A DNA stretch of 55,919 nt from Actinomycetota bacterium (GCA_037441605.1 JBBIRY010000002.1:1-55919), one strand, 5' to 3'. Shown: positions 9,404-18,996, counted from the first letter of the stretch. Made by a program: numbers and translations. The notes: generated by a model not told the origin, from the sequence alone.

Positions 9404-10510
9404 TCATTCATCATCGGCGTCGGTCAAGTCGACAGTGAACTTTAATTGATTATTCTCACGTCTGATTTTAGGAAGATCCAAGACGCGCAAAAAATACTTC
9501 TCCAAAATTGAGTCCAGGCTCTCGTGAAGCTTTACGGCAATATCCTCAATATCGGATTGATCTATGCATTTGGCAAGGTTGCGCCCCACAAAGAGGGAGA
9601 GATTTTCGCCCTCTTTCAGCTCCGATTTTTTATGACCCCTTACCATCATGGTCCTAAGATCAAACAAGGGTTCGATTTCTTGGGCAAATATTCGGTGAAC
9701 GTTTCTTAAGGAAACGCTTAGCCCATATGCCGACCCGGCCGCCTCCATTAAACTTTTAGGATCTCCGATCAAGCCCAAACATTGCCAAAGAGGCAGCTCG
9801 CCCTTGGCAAAGGACTCGAAAAATGCTCCATCTAGGTCCTTGTTTTGAGTTAAGAGGTTCTGGCTTAGTTCGTAGACTGTAGCCAGAATCTGTGAGGGCG
9901 TTCCGAAGAAGATTCTGATATCGGGATGGGTCAAAGCGAACTCGGAGAGGATTCTTAATACGTTGTTTGGGCCCTTGACCACAAAGATCTGGCCGTTCTT
10001 TATTTTAGTCAGAGGCGAAGTCGACTGGTCTCTTTTTTCGGTCAGAAGGGTTGTGTCAGCGTAAAACTTTATGAAGGTTCCCCGCCCAGGGCTTGAAGCT
10101 AGTATCCCAATCTCTTTAACGTTATTCTTGATCGAATAGAGGGCCATGCCTCTGCCATGAATCCCATAGCGATCCTCTATCAAGAGATTGAGCTTGGAAG
10201 TAACTCTTGGCTCAAATACCAGCTCAATCAGATCGGAAGGTATTCCGCATCCATCATCGATTATGACGATCGAACGTTCATTACCATCCTTATTTGAGGA
10301 GACAAAGATGTTCTTGCAGCCTGAGTCGCGGGAATTGCGAATCAGTTCGACCACGACATCCTCTATCGATCGGATATCATGTTTGGCTTGACGCCTTTCA
10401 GCCTCAGCGACATTCAGGCGGACAAAGCCGCCTCCAAGATCTTCTTCGATCTTCAGATTGGAGGCGGCCGATATCTCTTCTATAAACTCAAGTAATTCAT
10501 CGCCGTTCAA
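9404..10510 (-). CDS. orphan GHKL/HATPase_c ATP-binding protein with an uncharacterised C-terminal half
   Basis: Bergerat-fold boxes are present: ELIRNSRDSG (N box), IIDDGCGIP (G1) and GIHGRGMALYS (G2). I see no DHp/His phosphoacceptor, receiver or TM segment. I do not recognise the roughly 200 aa C-terminal region. Confidence 0.6.
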   Translation of the reverse strand: MNGDELLEFIEEISAASNLKIEEDLGGGFVRLNVAEAERRQAKHDIRSIEDVVVELIRNSRDSGCKNIFVSSNKDGNERSIVIIDDGCGIPSDLIELVFEPRVTSKLNLLIEDRYGIHGRGMALYSIKNNVKEIGILASSPGRGTFIKFYADTTLLTEKRDQSTSPLTKIKNGQIFVVKGPNNVLRILSEFALTHPDIRIFFGTPSQILATVYELSQNLLTQNKDLDGAFFESFAKGELPLWQCLGLIGDPKSLMEAAGSAYGLSVSLRNVHRIFAQEIEPLFDLRTMMVRGHKKSELKEGENLSLFVGRNLAKCIDQSDIEDIAVKLHESLDSILEKYFLRVLDLPKIRRENNQLKFTVDLTDADDE

Positions 10511-10536
10511 AAATGCGACCCCTTAAGTTATTCGAT

Positions 10537-12075
10537 TTATTTTGCATACTCAATGGAGCGATGCTCCCTGATGACAGTGACCTTGATTTGACCGGGATAG
10601 TCCATTTCGGCTTCGATCTTTTTAGCCATATCTCGAGCTAAAATTGAGACCTCATCATCCCTGAGCTCCTCAGGCTTAACCATCACCCTTATCTCGCGTC
10701 CGGCTTGCATGACAAAAGTCTTTTCAACGCCCTTGTAGGAATCGGCAATCTTCTCAAGATTTTCGAGGCGTTTGATGTAGCTCTCCAAAGTCTCGCGCCT
10801 GGCTCCGGGCCTTGCCGCTGAAATCGCATCAGCCGATTGAACTAAGACGGCTTCTATGGTCTTCGGTTCGACATCGAGATGGTGAGCCTCAATTGCATGA
10901 CAAATCGCCCCGGATTCCTTGAATCGCTTTACAAGATCAGCTCCGATGACTGCGTGAGATCCCTCGACTTCATGATCGATTGCTTTTCCTATATCGTGCA
11001 ACAGGCCGGCCCTTTTTGCAAGTTTGACATCTGAGCCAAGCTCGGCAGCCATAACGCCGGCCAGATGAGCAACCTCTATGGAGTGCAGAAGAACGTTCTG
11101 ACCGTAGCTTGTCCTATATTTGAGCCTTCCCAAAACTCTTACCAGCTCTGGATGAAGGTTCTGAACATTGGTGTCGAAAGCGGCCTGCTCAGCGCACTCT
11201 CTAATCTCCGTCTCTACTTCCTGTTTCGCTTTTTCATACAACTCCTCAATTCTGGCCGGATGAATGCGTCCGTCAGAGATGAGTTTTACCAAAGCGATTC
11301 TTGCAATCTCGCGCCTGACCGGATCGAAGCAAGAAAGCACGACGGCTTCGGGGGTATCATCTATTATCAGATTGACGCCGGAGATATTCTCAAAGGCCCT
11401 GATATTGCGGCCTTCCCGACCAATTATCCTTCCCTTCATCTCGTCGCTTGGCAAGGGAACCGTCGAGACGGTCGTCTCAGCCACATGTTCGGCCGCGCAG
11501 CGCTGAATTGCGAGCGATATGATGTTGCGGGCTTTTTTAGAGGACTCTTCCCTGGCTTCATTCTCAATATTTTTGACCATTAAAGCCATGTCGTGTCTCG
11601 CTTCATCCTCAACCTTTTTAAGGAGAAAGTCTTTGGCTTCGGATGCCGTCATTTTTGCGATCTCTTGAAGGACATCCTTCTGTTCCGCGATGACCTCCTT
11701 CAGCTCTTCCTCGTTTTTCTCTATCTTCTTCTTGGCCTCAACAAGATTCTTCTCTTCCTGAGTTAAAGCCTCTTTCTTATTGTCGAGCGCTTCTTCTTTC
11801 TGTGAGAGCCTGTTTTCCGTCTTTTGAATCTCTGCTCGTCTCTCGCGGACATCCTTCTCAAGCTCGACTCTCATTGAATGGATGCTCTCTTTGGCTTCCA
11901 GCGTCGCCTCCTTCTTGATCGTGTCGGCTTGCTTGGAGGCATCAGAGATGATCCGCTCTGCTTCGGATTCGGCCGAACTGATCTTGGTTTCAGCCAGATA
12001 CCTACGGATGAAATAGCCGGCTGCTCCGGCGATCGCAAACGTCAAAAAAACAGTAATCAGGTTGCCAGTTTGCAT
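10537..12075 (-). CDS. rny: ribonuclease Y
   Basis: N-terminal TM segment, long coiled coil, KH domain ([11 protein letters not shown]) and HD domain (LLHDIGK). Confidence 0.95.
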   Translation of the reverse strand: MQTGNLITVFLTFAIAGAAGYFIRRYLAETKISSAESEAERIISDASKQADTIKKEATLEAKESIHSMRVELEKDVRERRAEIQKTENRLSQKEEALDNKKEALTQEEKNLVEAKKKIEKNEEELKEVIAEQKDVLQEIAKMTASEAKDFLLKKVEDEARHDMALMVKNIENEAREESSKKARNIISLAIQRCAAEHVAETTVSTVPLPSDEMKGRIIGREGRNIRAFENISGVNLIIDDTPEAVVLSCFDPVRREIARIALVKLISDGRIHPARIEELYEKAKQEVETEIRECAEQAAFDTNVQNLHPELVRVLGRLKYRTSYGQNVLLHSIEVAHLAGVMAAELGSDVKLAKRAGLLHDIGKAIDHEVEGSHAVIGADLVKRFKESGAICHAIEAHHLDVEPKTIEAVLVQSADAISAARPGARRETLESYIKRLENLEKIADSYKGVEKTFVMQAGREIRVMVKPEELRDDEVSILARDMAKKIEAEMDYPGQIKVTVIREHRSIEYAK

Positions 12076-12101
12076 CTAAAAACCCTCCTCGTTGATAAAA
12101 T

Positions 12102-12128
12102 AAAAAAAGCTGAGTTCAGCTCAGCTTT
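12102..12128 (-). terminator. intrinsic terminator-like hairpin about 25 nt upstream of the rny start
   Basis: The minus strand reads aaagctgag-ctgaa-ctcagcttt followed by tttt (9 bp stem and a total T7 run). It lies about 200 nt downstream of recX. Confidence 0.55.
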
Positions 12129-12328
12129 AAATGCTACTTAAATATGCTTATTTGGCGCTCACTGGTACCTTTTGCGCCTTACAAGTATCTCTTTTCGTCT
12201 TATATAAATCTTTGGCTTATTCGCCCTAAATCTATAACAAATGAACGATTTAAGTAAATTTAAAACTTAAGCTGATTAAAACATATCTTCAATTGTGTGA
12301 AAGCAGAACTCAAAAATGAGTATACTAT

Positions 12329-12820
12329 TTAAAAACCCGTCCGGTCAATCAGAAGAGAGTCTTTTTTGAAAACTTCTCGAATGACCTGCCTTGCCAAGTT
12401 GTGCTCAAATCCGCGACCAGCCAGATAGGCCTCGAGTCTTCGAATGGCTTTTAAGCCGTCCTCGCCCAGAGAAGCCAACTTATTTTGAGCCAAAGCCATA
12501 GCAAGATCGTGTTGGACCTCACTTGGGTAATCTTCATTCAAGCTTAAATCTATGATTTCCCTATCGACACCTCTTGCAATGAGGTCGGCCCTTATCTTTA
12601 ACGGCCCGTAGGCTTTGCCCGCCTTTTTAGCCTCTATCCACTCTTTTGAGAAGGCCTCATCATCGAGAAGGCCTTCTCTTTTCAATTCGCCTATAACCGC
12701 CTCAACCATGGCAGGACTGCGCCCATTTTTAGATAAGTGCCTCACCATCTCCGACTCGCTTCGACTTCGAACCGAGAGATACTTATAGGCTTCGGCTTTT
12801 ACTTTGCCCTTCTCTTCCAT
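12329..12820 (-). CDS. recX: recombination regulator RecX
   Basis: 163 aa helical-repeat protein directly downstream of recA, with the typical LSxRxRSExEM N-terminus. Confidence 0.9.
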   Translation of the reverse strand: MEEKGKVKAEAYKYLSVRSRSESEMVRHLSKNGRSPAMVEAVIGELKREGLLDDEAFSKEWIEAKKAGKAYGPLKIRADLIARGVDREIIDLSLNEDYPSEVQHDLAMALAQNKLASLGEDGLKAIRRLEAYLAGRGFEHNLARQVIREVFKKDSLLIDRTGF

Positions 12821-12828
12821 GAAGGCCC

Positions 12829-13863
12829 TTATTCATCGGTTGACTCAACCTCTAAAACCTCTTCGGCAGGCTGATTCTTGCCTATACCCAAAGACTCTTT
12901 AATCTTGAGCTCGATCTCTTCCATCAAAGGCTGATTCTCTTCCAAAAACTGCTTGGCATTCTCGCGGCCCTGGCCTAGCCTCTCGTCGCCATAGGTATAC
13001 CAAGACCCGCTCTTGCCGACAACCGCAGCCTCAACGCCCATGTCGACCACGCCGCCCTCTCTCGAGATTCCTTTACCATAGACTATGTCGAATTCTGCTT
13101 GCCTAAAGGGAGGGGCAACCTTATTCTTTACGATTTTGGCCCGAACCCTATTGCCGACCACTTCTACACCTTGCTTTATCGACTCAACCTTTCTGATGTC
13201 GATCCTAACGGAGGAGTAGAATTTGAGAGCCCTTCCGCCGGGAGTGACTTCCGGGTTGCCAAACATCACGCCTATCTTCTCTCTGAGCTGGTTTATGAAG
13301 ATGACAACGGTTTTTGACTTATTTATTGACCCTGATAATTTTCTCAAAGCTTGTGACATGAGACGGGCCTGAAGTCCGACATGTGAGTCGCCCATCTCTC
13401 CCTCTATCTCAGCCCTTGGAACAAGAGCTGCAACCGAATCTATCACTATGATATCTATGGTGCCGCTACGAACCAGCATCTCGGAGATCTCCAGGGCTTG
13501 CTCCCCGGTATCAGGCTGAGAGACGAGAAGGTCGTCCACATTTACGCCAAGGTTTTTGGCATAGACAGAGTCCAGAGCGTGCTCCGCATCGATGAAGGCG
13601 GCAAGTCCGCCCATCTTTTGAGCCTCAGCGATTATTTGGAGAGCGAGAGTCGTTTTGCCCGATGACTCGGGACCGAAAATCTCTATTATCCTGCCCCTTG
13701 GAACCCCGCCGACTCCAAGAGCGATATCGAGCGCAAGCGACCCGGTCGGTATCGTCGAGAAATTGAGCTTGGTCGGTTGATCTCCTAGGCGCATTATGGC
13801 GCCTTTGCCGTATTTCCGTTCGATCTGTTCTCTCGTCAGTTCCAGCACTTTATCTCGTTCCAT
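12829..13863 (-). CDS. recA: recombinase RecA
   Basis: Walker [19 protein letters not shown] and the L2 region are all present. The match to RecA is unmistakable. Confidence 0.98.
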   Translation of the reverse strand: MERDKVLELTREQIERKYGKGAIMRLGDQPTKLNFSTIPTGSLALDIALGVGGVPRGRIIEIFGPESSGKTTLALQIIAEAQKMGGLAAFIDAEHALDSVYAKNLGVNVDDLLVSQPDTGEQALEISEMLVRSGTIDIIVIDSVAALVPRAEIEGEMGDSHVGLQARLMSQALRKLSGSINKSKTVVIFINQLREKIGVMFGNPEVTPGGRALKFYSSVRIDIRKVESIKQGVEVVGNRVRAKIVKNKVAPPFRQAEFDIVYGKGISREGGVVDMGVEAAVVGKSGSWYTYGDERLGQGRENAKQFLEENQPLMEEIELKIKESLGIGKNQPAEEVLEVESTDE

Positions 13864-13891
13864 ATCCCCTCCTGGTATTGGTCGTTTCGAT

Positions 13892-13919
13892 GATATACGA
13901 ACCTATGTTCGATTGTCAA
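13892..13919 (-). promoter_or_regulatory. candidate recA promoter
   Basis: The minus strand has TTGACA (13919-13914), a 16 nt spacer containing the LexA box, then TATATC (13897-13892). AGGAGGGG precedes the recA ATG. Confidence 0.45.
13898..13911. promoter_or_regulatory. LexA operator (Cheo-type SOS box)
   Basis: CGAACCTATGTTCG is a perfect CGAAC-N4-GTTCG palindrome 35 nt upstream of recA. It overlaps the thpR stop codon. Confidence 0.7.
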
Positions 13920-14469
13920 TCGCAAGCGGAATCTCAACTATTTTCTCATAAATGGGTCCGTTTGGCACAAGTTTACTTTCATAAATATTAACAAAATTTA
14001 TTCGTTCGATATGCCGGCCTAGAATTTGATCGTCTTTAGGATCAATTGACTTAGAGAGGTCCGATTGATGCTTGAGCCGCAAGACCGTTATGTGCGGGGC
14101 AAAGGCTTCCTTGTCGCTTGGCCAAAAATCGCTGGTAATAAGATCTATCCGCTTGGCAAGCTCTTTAATCTCATCTCTCCCCTTATCGATTCCGACCCAA
14201 AGGTTTCGTGCGGACTTTAAATTGGGGAAGGCTCCAAAACGAGAGAGTGAGATCTCAAAACTTCCTTGGCTCTCAAGAGCTTTGGATATCGAGGGTATTA
14301 GCTCATCAAGGATTGCGGCGTCGATTTCGCCCAAGAATTTCAAGGTCAGATGCAAGTTCTCTCTTTTGACCCAACGGGCTGAGTCAATCTTGTTTTTTAG
14401 CGAGAGTGTCGTTGAGGCTATCTCTTCTTTTAGGGTTTCATCTATTTCGAGGCCGATAAATGAGCGCAA
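13903..14469 (-). CDS. thpR: RNA 2',3'-cyclic phosphodiesterase (2H family, LigT/ThpR)
   Basis: Two HxT/S motifs: HLTLKFLG and HITVLRL. Confidence 0.85.
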   Translation of the reverse strand: MRSFIGLEIDETLKEEIASTTLSLKNKIDSARWVKRENLHLTLKFLGEIDAAILDELIPSISKALESQGSFEISLSRFGAFPNLKSARNLWVGIDKGRDEIKELAKRIDLITSDFWPSDKEAFAPHITVLRLKHQSDLSKSIDPKDDQILGRHIERINFVNIYESKLVPNGPIYEKIVEIPLAIDNRT

Positions 14470-14478
14470 TGACTCCTC

Positions 14479-15714
14479 CTAGGCCTTTAAGAGGTGCTTT
14501 CTTAGGAGGCGTAAGGCTGCTTCGGAGGACTTCGTCCTTATCTCGCTTCTATCCCCGGGAAAAAGGGACTTTTCGACAAGGTTTATATCGCCATGCGACA
14601 ATCCGATATAGACCAAACCGACCGGTTTTTCTTTACTTCCTCCATCCGGACCGGCGATTCCGGTCACAGAAAGACCGATATCGGATGAGAGAAGCTTAGA
14701 AACCCCTTGAGCCATGCTCCGGGCTACGCTCTCGCTGACGGCGCCAAATCTAATGAGGTCTTCTTTGGGAACGCCTAAAACCTCTTCTTTGACATCATTT
14801 GAGTAGCAGACTACAGAACCTAAGAAAAAACTTGAGCTGCCCGGCACATCGGTGATTCTTTTTGAGATGAGGCCGCCGGTGCAAGACTCGGCGAGACTTA
14901 AACTGAGCCCCCTCTTTTTCAATTCTTCACCCAAAACTGTCTCTATCTTCTTAGAGTCGAATCCGATGAGATCTTCGCCTAGAAGCCTTATTAGCCGCTC
15001 TTTTTGAGCCGCCAGAAAATCTTGGGTCAACTCTTTGGAGATCAGTGCCGAAAGGTGAACTTCGACGCTAGCCTGATGAGGAATCAAGGAAACCTTAAGA
15101 CTCTTATCATCGAAGAGTTCGCTGAGTCTCTCTTCGGCTTCGACCTCATTTATGCCGCTTAAAGTGGATTTTAGGATGACAAGCGAGTCGGTCAAACCGA
15201 ACCGTTTGACAAGATATGGGGATACGCTGCCAAGAAGCATCTCCATCATTTCGCTTGGGACTCCGGGCAGCGCTATGGTGACCCTCTTTCCATCATCAGC
15301 GATCAAGCCCGGCGCGGTCCCGTTTATGGGCAGGATCGGTTCTGCCAAAGAGAAACGCTCGGCTTGTCTTTTGATTGCCTCCTGCATCTTGCGACCTAAG
15401 AGGCAATAGCGGTCCTCTGTGACTTCCAAAAGCTTGGGATCCAATGAGAGCTCTTGACCAAAATATTCGGCCAGAGCGTTTCTGGTCAGGTCATCCAGGG
15501 TTGGACCAAGTCCGCCGGTCATGATGAGAAGATCGTTCTTTGAAAGAAGGCTGCCGATTGCGTCCTTGATTTCAAGGAGATCGTCTGGAACGGTTGAGAT
15601 CGAGCTGACCTCAAGTCCGATCTTTGAAAGCTCGAGCGCAATCTTGCTGGAATTGCCGTCCCTCTTTAAACCTTGTGTGAGCTCAGTTCCGACTATCAGT
15701 ATGGCATATTTCAA
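14479..15714 (-). CDS. cinA: competence/damage-inducible protein CinA (MoCF-binding domain plus nicotinamide-nucleotide amidase domain)
   Basis: 411 aa with an N-terminal MoaB/MogA-like fold and a C-terminal PncC-type domain (ESCTGG). The position upstream of recA fits. Confidence 0.9.
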   Translation of the reverse strand: MKYAILIVGTELTQGLKRDGNSSKIALELSKIGLEVSSISTVPDDLLEIKDAIGSLLSKNDLLIMTGGLGPTLDDLTRNALAEYFGQELSLDPKLLEVTEDRYCLLGRKMQEAIKRQAERFSLAEPILPINGTAPGLIADDGKRVTIALPGVPSEMMEMLLGSVSPYLVKRFGLTDSLVILKSTLSGINEVEAEERLSELFDDKSLKVSLIPHQASVEVHLSALISKELTQDFLAAQKERLIRLLGEDLIGFDSKKIETVLGEELKKRGLSLSLAESCTGGLISKRITDVPGSSSFFLGSVVCYSNDVKEEVLGVPKEDLIRFGAVSESVARSMAQGVSKLLSSDIGLSVTGIAGPDGGSKEKPVGLVYIGLSHGDINLVEKSLFPGDRSEIRTKSSEAALRLLRKHLLKA

Positions 15715-16250
15715 AGGGAGCCCTCCTCCTTAAACCAAAGTGCCTTCGTCTTTAGGAAGTAATCTATGCCAGAATAAACGGTTAAGATAAGAGCGAGAGC
15801 CATTGAAACCTTAGCAAGAGTCGTGGTTGGAAGGAGAATCCAAAAGAAGACGGCAATTATTTGGCTTGTGGTCTTTATCTTGCCCCAGAGACTAGCTTCA
15901 ACCACTTTATCCTCAGTCATGGCAATGATTCTAAGGCCTGACACGGCAAATTCTCTAGCTATGATGACCATGGCTATCCATGATGAAATGAGTCCCACAT
16001 CGACAAGACAAATCATAGCGGCAGATATCAAAAGTTTATCCGCCAGGGGATCTAAGAATTTGCCGATTACTGTAACCATATTTCTCGACCGAGCGATATA
16101 GCCGTCCAAGCCGTCGCTTGCCGCGGCGATCGCAAAAATCAAAACGGCCACATAATTTCCATAGGAGTGTGAAGAGAGAAGGAAGGCCATAAAGGCGGGT
16201 ATCAAGAGTATCCTGATTATGGTTATCCTGTTGGCTGCATTGAGTATTAT
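15711..16250 (-). CDS. pgsA: CDP-diacylglycerol--glycerol-3-phosphate 3-phosphatidyltransferase
   Basis: CDP-alcohol transferase motif DGLDGYIARSRN...GKFLDPLADK. The conserved N-terminus (LNAANRITIIRILLIPAF) extends upstream of the ORF-track TTG (16205) with no canonical start. The candidate starts are ATA at 16250 or 16247, after GGGAGG. Confidence 0.85.
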   Translation of the reverse strand: MILNAANRITIIRILLIPAFMAFLLSSHSYGNYVAVLIFAIAAASDGLDGYIARSRNMVTVIGKFLDPLADKLLISAAMICLVDVGLISSWIAMVIIAREFAVSGLRIIAMTEDKVVEASLWGKIKTTSQIIAVFFWILLPTTTLAKVSMALALILTVYSGIDYFLKTKALWFKEEGSL

Positions 16251-17572
16251 GTTATCCTCCCAAGAAGGTCATGTCCAAGGCTCTTGACGATCTTAACCTT
16301 AATAAACTTATTCGCCTCAAGGTTCCCTTTTTTTGCGGGAATCTTCACAAGCGTATCTATCTCGGGCGCTTGATGGCGAGCGGTCCCCCAGTATGCGCCC
16401 TCAAAGTAGTCCTTCCCTATCAGAACTTCAGCCGTTCTTCCGACATGCCTCTCATTTAAAGTAAACGATATTTCATCTTGAAGCAGAGAGAGCTTTTGAT
16501 GACGCTCTTTAATTACTCTCTTTGGAACTTTGCGTTTAAGGAGCGCCGCGCCCGTCCCCTCCTCACTCGAATATTCAAAGAAGCCGGCATGATCGAACTT
16601 GGCCGTTTCTATGAATTCAACCAATTGATCGAAGTCCGCTTCCGTTTCGCCGGGGAAGCCGATAATGAACGAGCTTCTAATCGCAACCTCATCGAGTCGT
16701 TCTCTAGCCCTTTCAATTATACCTAAGTTCTCATTGATTGAACCCGGCCGATTCATCGCTTTAAGTATCTTCATGCTTCCATGTTGGAACGGAAGGTCTA
16801 GATATTTGCAGATCTTATCACTGGAGGCCATCACATCTAAGATTTCGTCGGTTAGGTTGTGGGGTTGGAGATAGAGGAGCCTTATTCTATACTCTCCTTT
16901 TAGGTTAATTAATTGGGAAAGAAGATCAACAAGGGCAAGCCGGCCAAGGGAGTCGAGGCCATAGAGGGCAAGGTCCTGGGCGACTAGGATCACTTCCTTT
17001 ACCCCATTATCGATCAGAAACTCAGCTTCGCTCATTACCGATTCGATCGAACGAGATTTGTATGGACCCTTTATCAAGGGAATGGCGCAATAAGAACAAT
17101 TGCTGCTGCAGCCGTCGGCAATTTTCAGATATGCGTAACCCAACTTTGGCAGAGTCCTTGCCGGGCGCAAGAGGCTGCTATCCCAAGAATCGAAGACCTC
17201 TACCACCTGGCCTTCTCCTCCATCTTCTTTGAGCTTTTTGGCTAGACCTAAGAGATTATGGGTTCCCACTACGAGGTCTATTTCAGGAATCTCTTTTGCG
17301 AGCTCTGCTCCGTATCTCTGACTCAAGCAGCCGGCTAAGACGAGTTTTTTCTCTTTTGAGCCCGCTTTTTTCTTTGCGAGCTCCAAGATCGCATCGATTG
17401 ATTCTTTTTTGGCGCTCTCGATAAAGCCGCAGCTGTTGAGAATGAGAAAATCCGCATCCGACGGTTTTGGGGTATGCTTAAAACCTTCCTTTTCAAGAAG
17501 GCCGATAAGGTGATCTGAATCAGCCTCATTTTTGGGACAACCTAAGGTTTGGATGAAGAATCTTTTTTTCAA
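16247..17572 (-). CDS. rimO: ribosomal protein S12 methylthiotransferase
   Basis: FIQTLGCPKNEADSD, radical SAM CSSNCSYC, and a C-terminal TRAM domain. Confidence 0.9.
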   Translation of the reverse strand: MKKRFFIQTLGCPKNEADSDHLIGLLEKEGFKHTPKPSDADFLILNSCGFIESAKKESIDAILELAKKKAGSKEKKLVLAGCLSQRYGAELAKEIPEIDLVVGTHNLLGLAKKLKEDGGEGQVVEVFDSWDSSLLRPARTLPKLGYAYLKIADGCSSNCSYCAIPLIKGPYKSRSIESVMSEAEFLIDNGVKEVILVAQDLALYGLDSLGRLALVDLLSQLINLKGEYRIRLLYLQPHNLTDEILDVMASSDKICKYLDLPFQHGSMKILKAMNRPGSINENLGIIERARERLDEVAIRSSFIIGFPGETEADFDQLVEFIETAKFDHAGFFEYSSEEGTGAALLKRKVPKRVIKERHQKLSLLQDEISFTLNERHVGRTAEVLIGKDYFEGAYWGTARHQAPEIDTLVKIPAKKGNLEANKFIKVKIVKSLGHDLLGRIT

Positions 17573-17579
17573 ACCGAAT

Positions 17580-18077
17580 CTACCTATAATTAACGAATTG
17601 AAGCGGAACGCCCAACTCCTCAGCCTTTAAGAGGGATATTACTTCCTGTAGCTCGTCTTTGCTTTTGGCTGTAACCCGGACTTTCTCACCTTCAATTGCT
17701 ACCTTAACCTTCATCTTGCTATCTTTGATGATCCGATTGATCTCTTTGGCCTTCTCTGAACTCAAACCTTGAACCAGATCTATCCTCTGCTTGACCCGCC
17801 CGCCGGAAGAGGGTTCAACTTGTCCTAGGCTTAAAGCCTTTAAAGATACGCCCCTCTTGACCAGCTTTGAGTTTAAGACATCTATGACGCTCTTTAAGGT
17901 AAAGTCATTCTCTGAATCAATCGAGATGCTCCCCTCTGCTCGACTGAATAGAAGAGTGCTCTTGCTCTTCTTTAAGTCATATCGATTCTCGATCTCCTTT
18001 ACCGCTTGATTTATAGCGTTGTCAACTTCTTGGAGATCCACCTCTGACACCACATCAAATGAGGATTCTTTGGACAT
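17580..18077 (-). CDS. yajQ: YajQ family nucleotide (cyclic di-GMP)-binding protein
   Basis: 165 aa with SFDVVSEVDLQEVDNA at the N-terminus and PLQFVNYR at the C-terminus, as in UPF0234/YajQ. Confidence 0.85.
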   Translation of the reverse strand: MSKESSFDVVSEVDLQEVDNAINQAVKEIENRYDLKKSKSTLLFSRAEGSISIDSENDFTLKSVIDVLNSKLVKRGVSLKALSLGQVEPSSGGRVKQRIDLVQGLSSEKAKEINRIIKDSKMKVKVAIEGEKVRVTAKSKDELQEVISLLKAEELGVPLQFVNYR

Positions 18078-18089
18078 CAGTCATCACCA

Positions 18090-18920
18090 TCACTTTGTAA
18101 AAGTCTTTTCTTCCAGGCCAACTCCGAGCTTTCCGAGTTCGACGCCATCCTTTTTGACTTGGATCAGCTCCCCATTGCCGCTTCTAACCTTGGCGTTTAA
18201 TTTCGCCTCCCAAGTCCTAGAGGCGCCTTCCTCCATGGTGTCTTCGTAAACCACTTTGCCGTCCAAGGTGACCTTGAGCCAGACCCTGTCGGTCGCGGTT
18301 AGCTCCAGAGTGAATCCACTGGGATTCTCCTCAGCCGGAGGAGTCAGTTCGTCGGCAGAAGGTGCGGCCCCAGCCTCTTCGGGTTGGATTTGGGTGGGAT
18401 CTTCCACCGCCTTCTTACGATTTACTTCATCGATGCTGAACTCTGTGGGCGCCGTCTCATCCACCTTCGTCCTTCTCTGGCCGCCGAAAATCATCGGACC
18501 GATCACAAAAATCAAGATTAACAAAAAAGCTAAAGCGACCATTATAAGAAAGAGCCGTCTCTTGAAGAAGATGCCTCGTTCCACGGCCCTGCGTCTCATC
18601 CTGCTTCTGGGCTCCTCTGGGTGTCGCCCCTCTTCCACTAGTTCCCTCTTGGGACTCTCCTCGAACTCTTCGTCTGTCGGAGGGCGATCATCATGAGTCT
18701 GATTGTAAACATCCATTATGTATTTTGGGTCTATTCCCAGAGTCCTAGCATAGACACGGATGAAGCCACGCACATAGACAGGGGCGGGCAAGATGGAGTA
18801 GTCATCATTTTCGATCGCCTGAAGATAGCGGACCCGAATCTTAGTGCTCTTCTCCACATCTTTGAGGCTCATGTTAAGAGATTGGCGCCTATTTCTTAAA
18901 ATCGAACCTATGGACTGCAT
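18090..18920 (-). CDS. rodZ: RodZ-like cytoskeleton protein (HTH, TM segment, DUF4115-like C-terminus)
   Basis: N-terminal XRE-type HTH followed by YVRGFIRVYARTLG, a single TM segment, and a beta-rich C-terminal domain. Confidence 0.75.
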   Translation of the reverse strand: MQSIGSILRNRRQSLNMSLKDVEKSTKIRVRYLQAIENDDYSILPAPVYVRGFIRVYARTLGIDPKYIMDVYNQTHDDRPPTDEEFEESPKRELVEEGRHPEEPRSRMRRRAVERGIFFKRRLFLIMVALAFLLILIFVIGPMIFGGQRRTKVDETAPTEFSIDEVNRKKAVEDPTQIQPEEAGAAPSADELTPPAEENPSGFTLELTATDRVWLKVTLDGKVVYEDTMEEGASRTWEAKLNAKVRSGNGELIQVKKDGVELGKLGVGLEEKTFTK

Positions 18921-18996
18921 TAGTGTTTATTTTCCCTCTTCCGTATGACTCTTTATTAATTTCGCTGCTGAGCTAGAATATCCTTGTTATATCGGT

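Noticed and set aside
12250-12270. The TTAAGT-N9-ACTTAA inverted repeat in the recX-rny spacer, considered as a possible operator.
   Set aside because: It is a short AT-rich palindrome in an AT-rich region, so the chance expectation is high. I recognise no matching regulator motif. It is mentioned only within the rny-leader finding.
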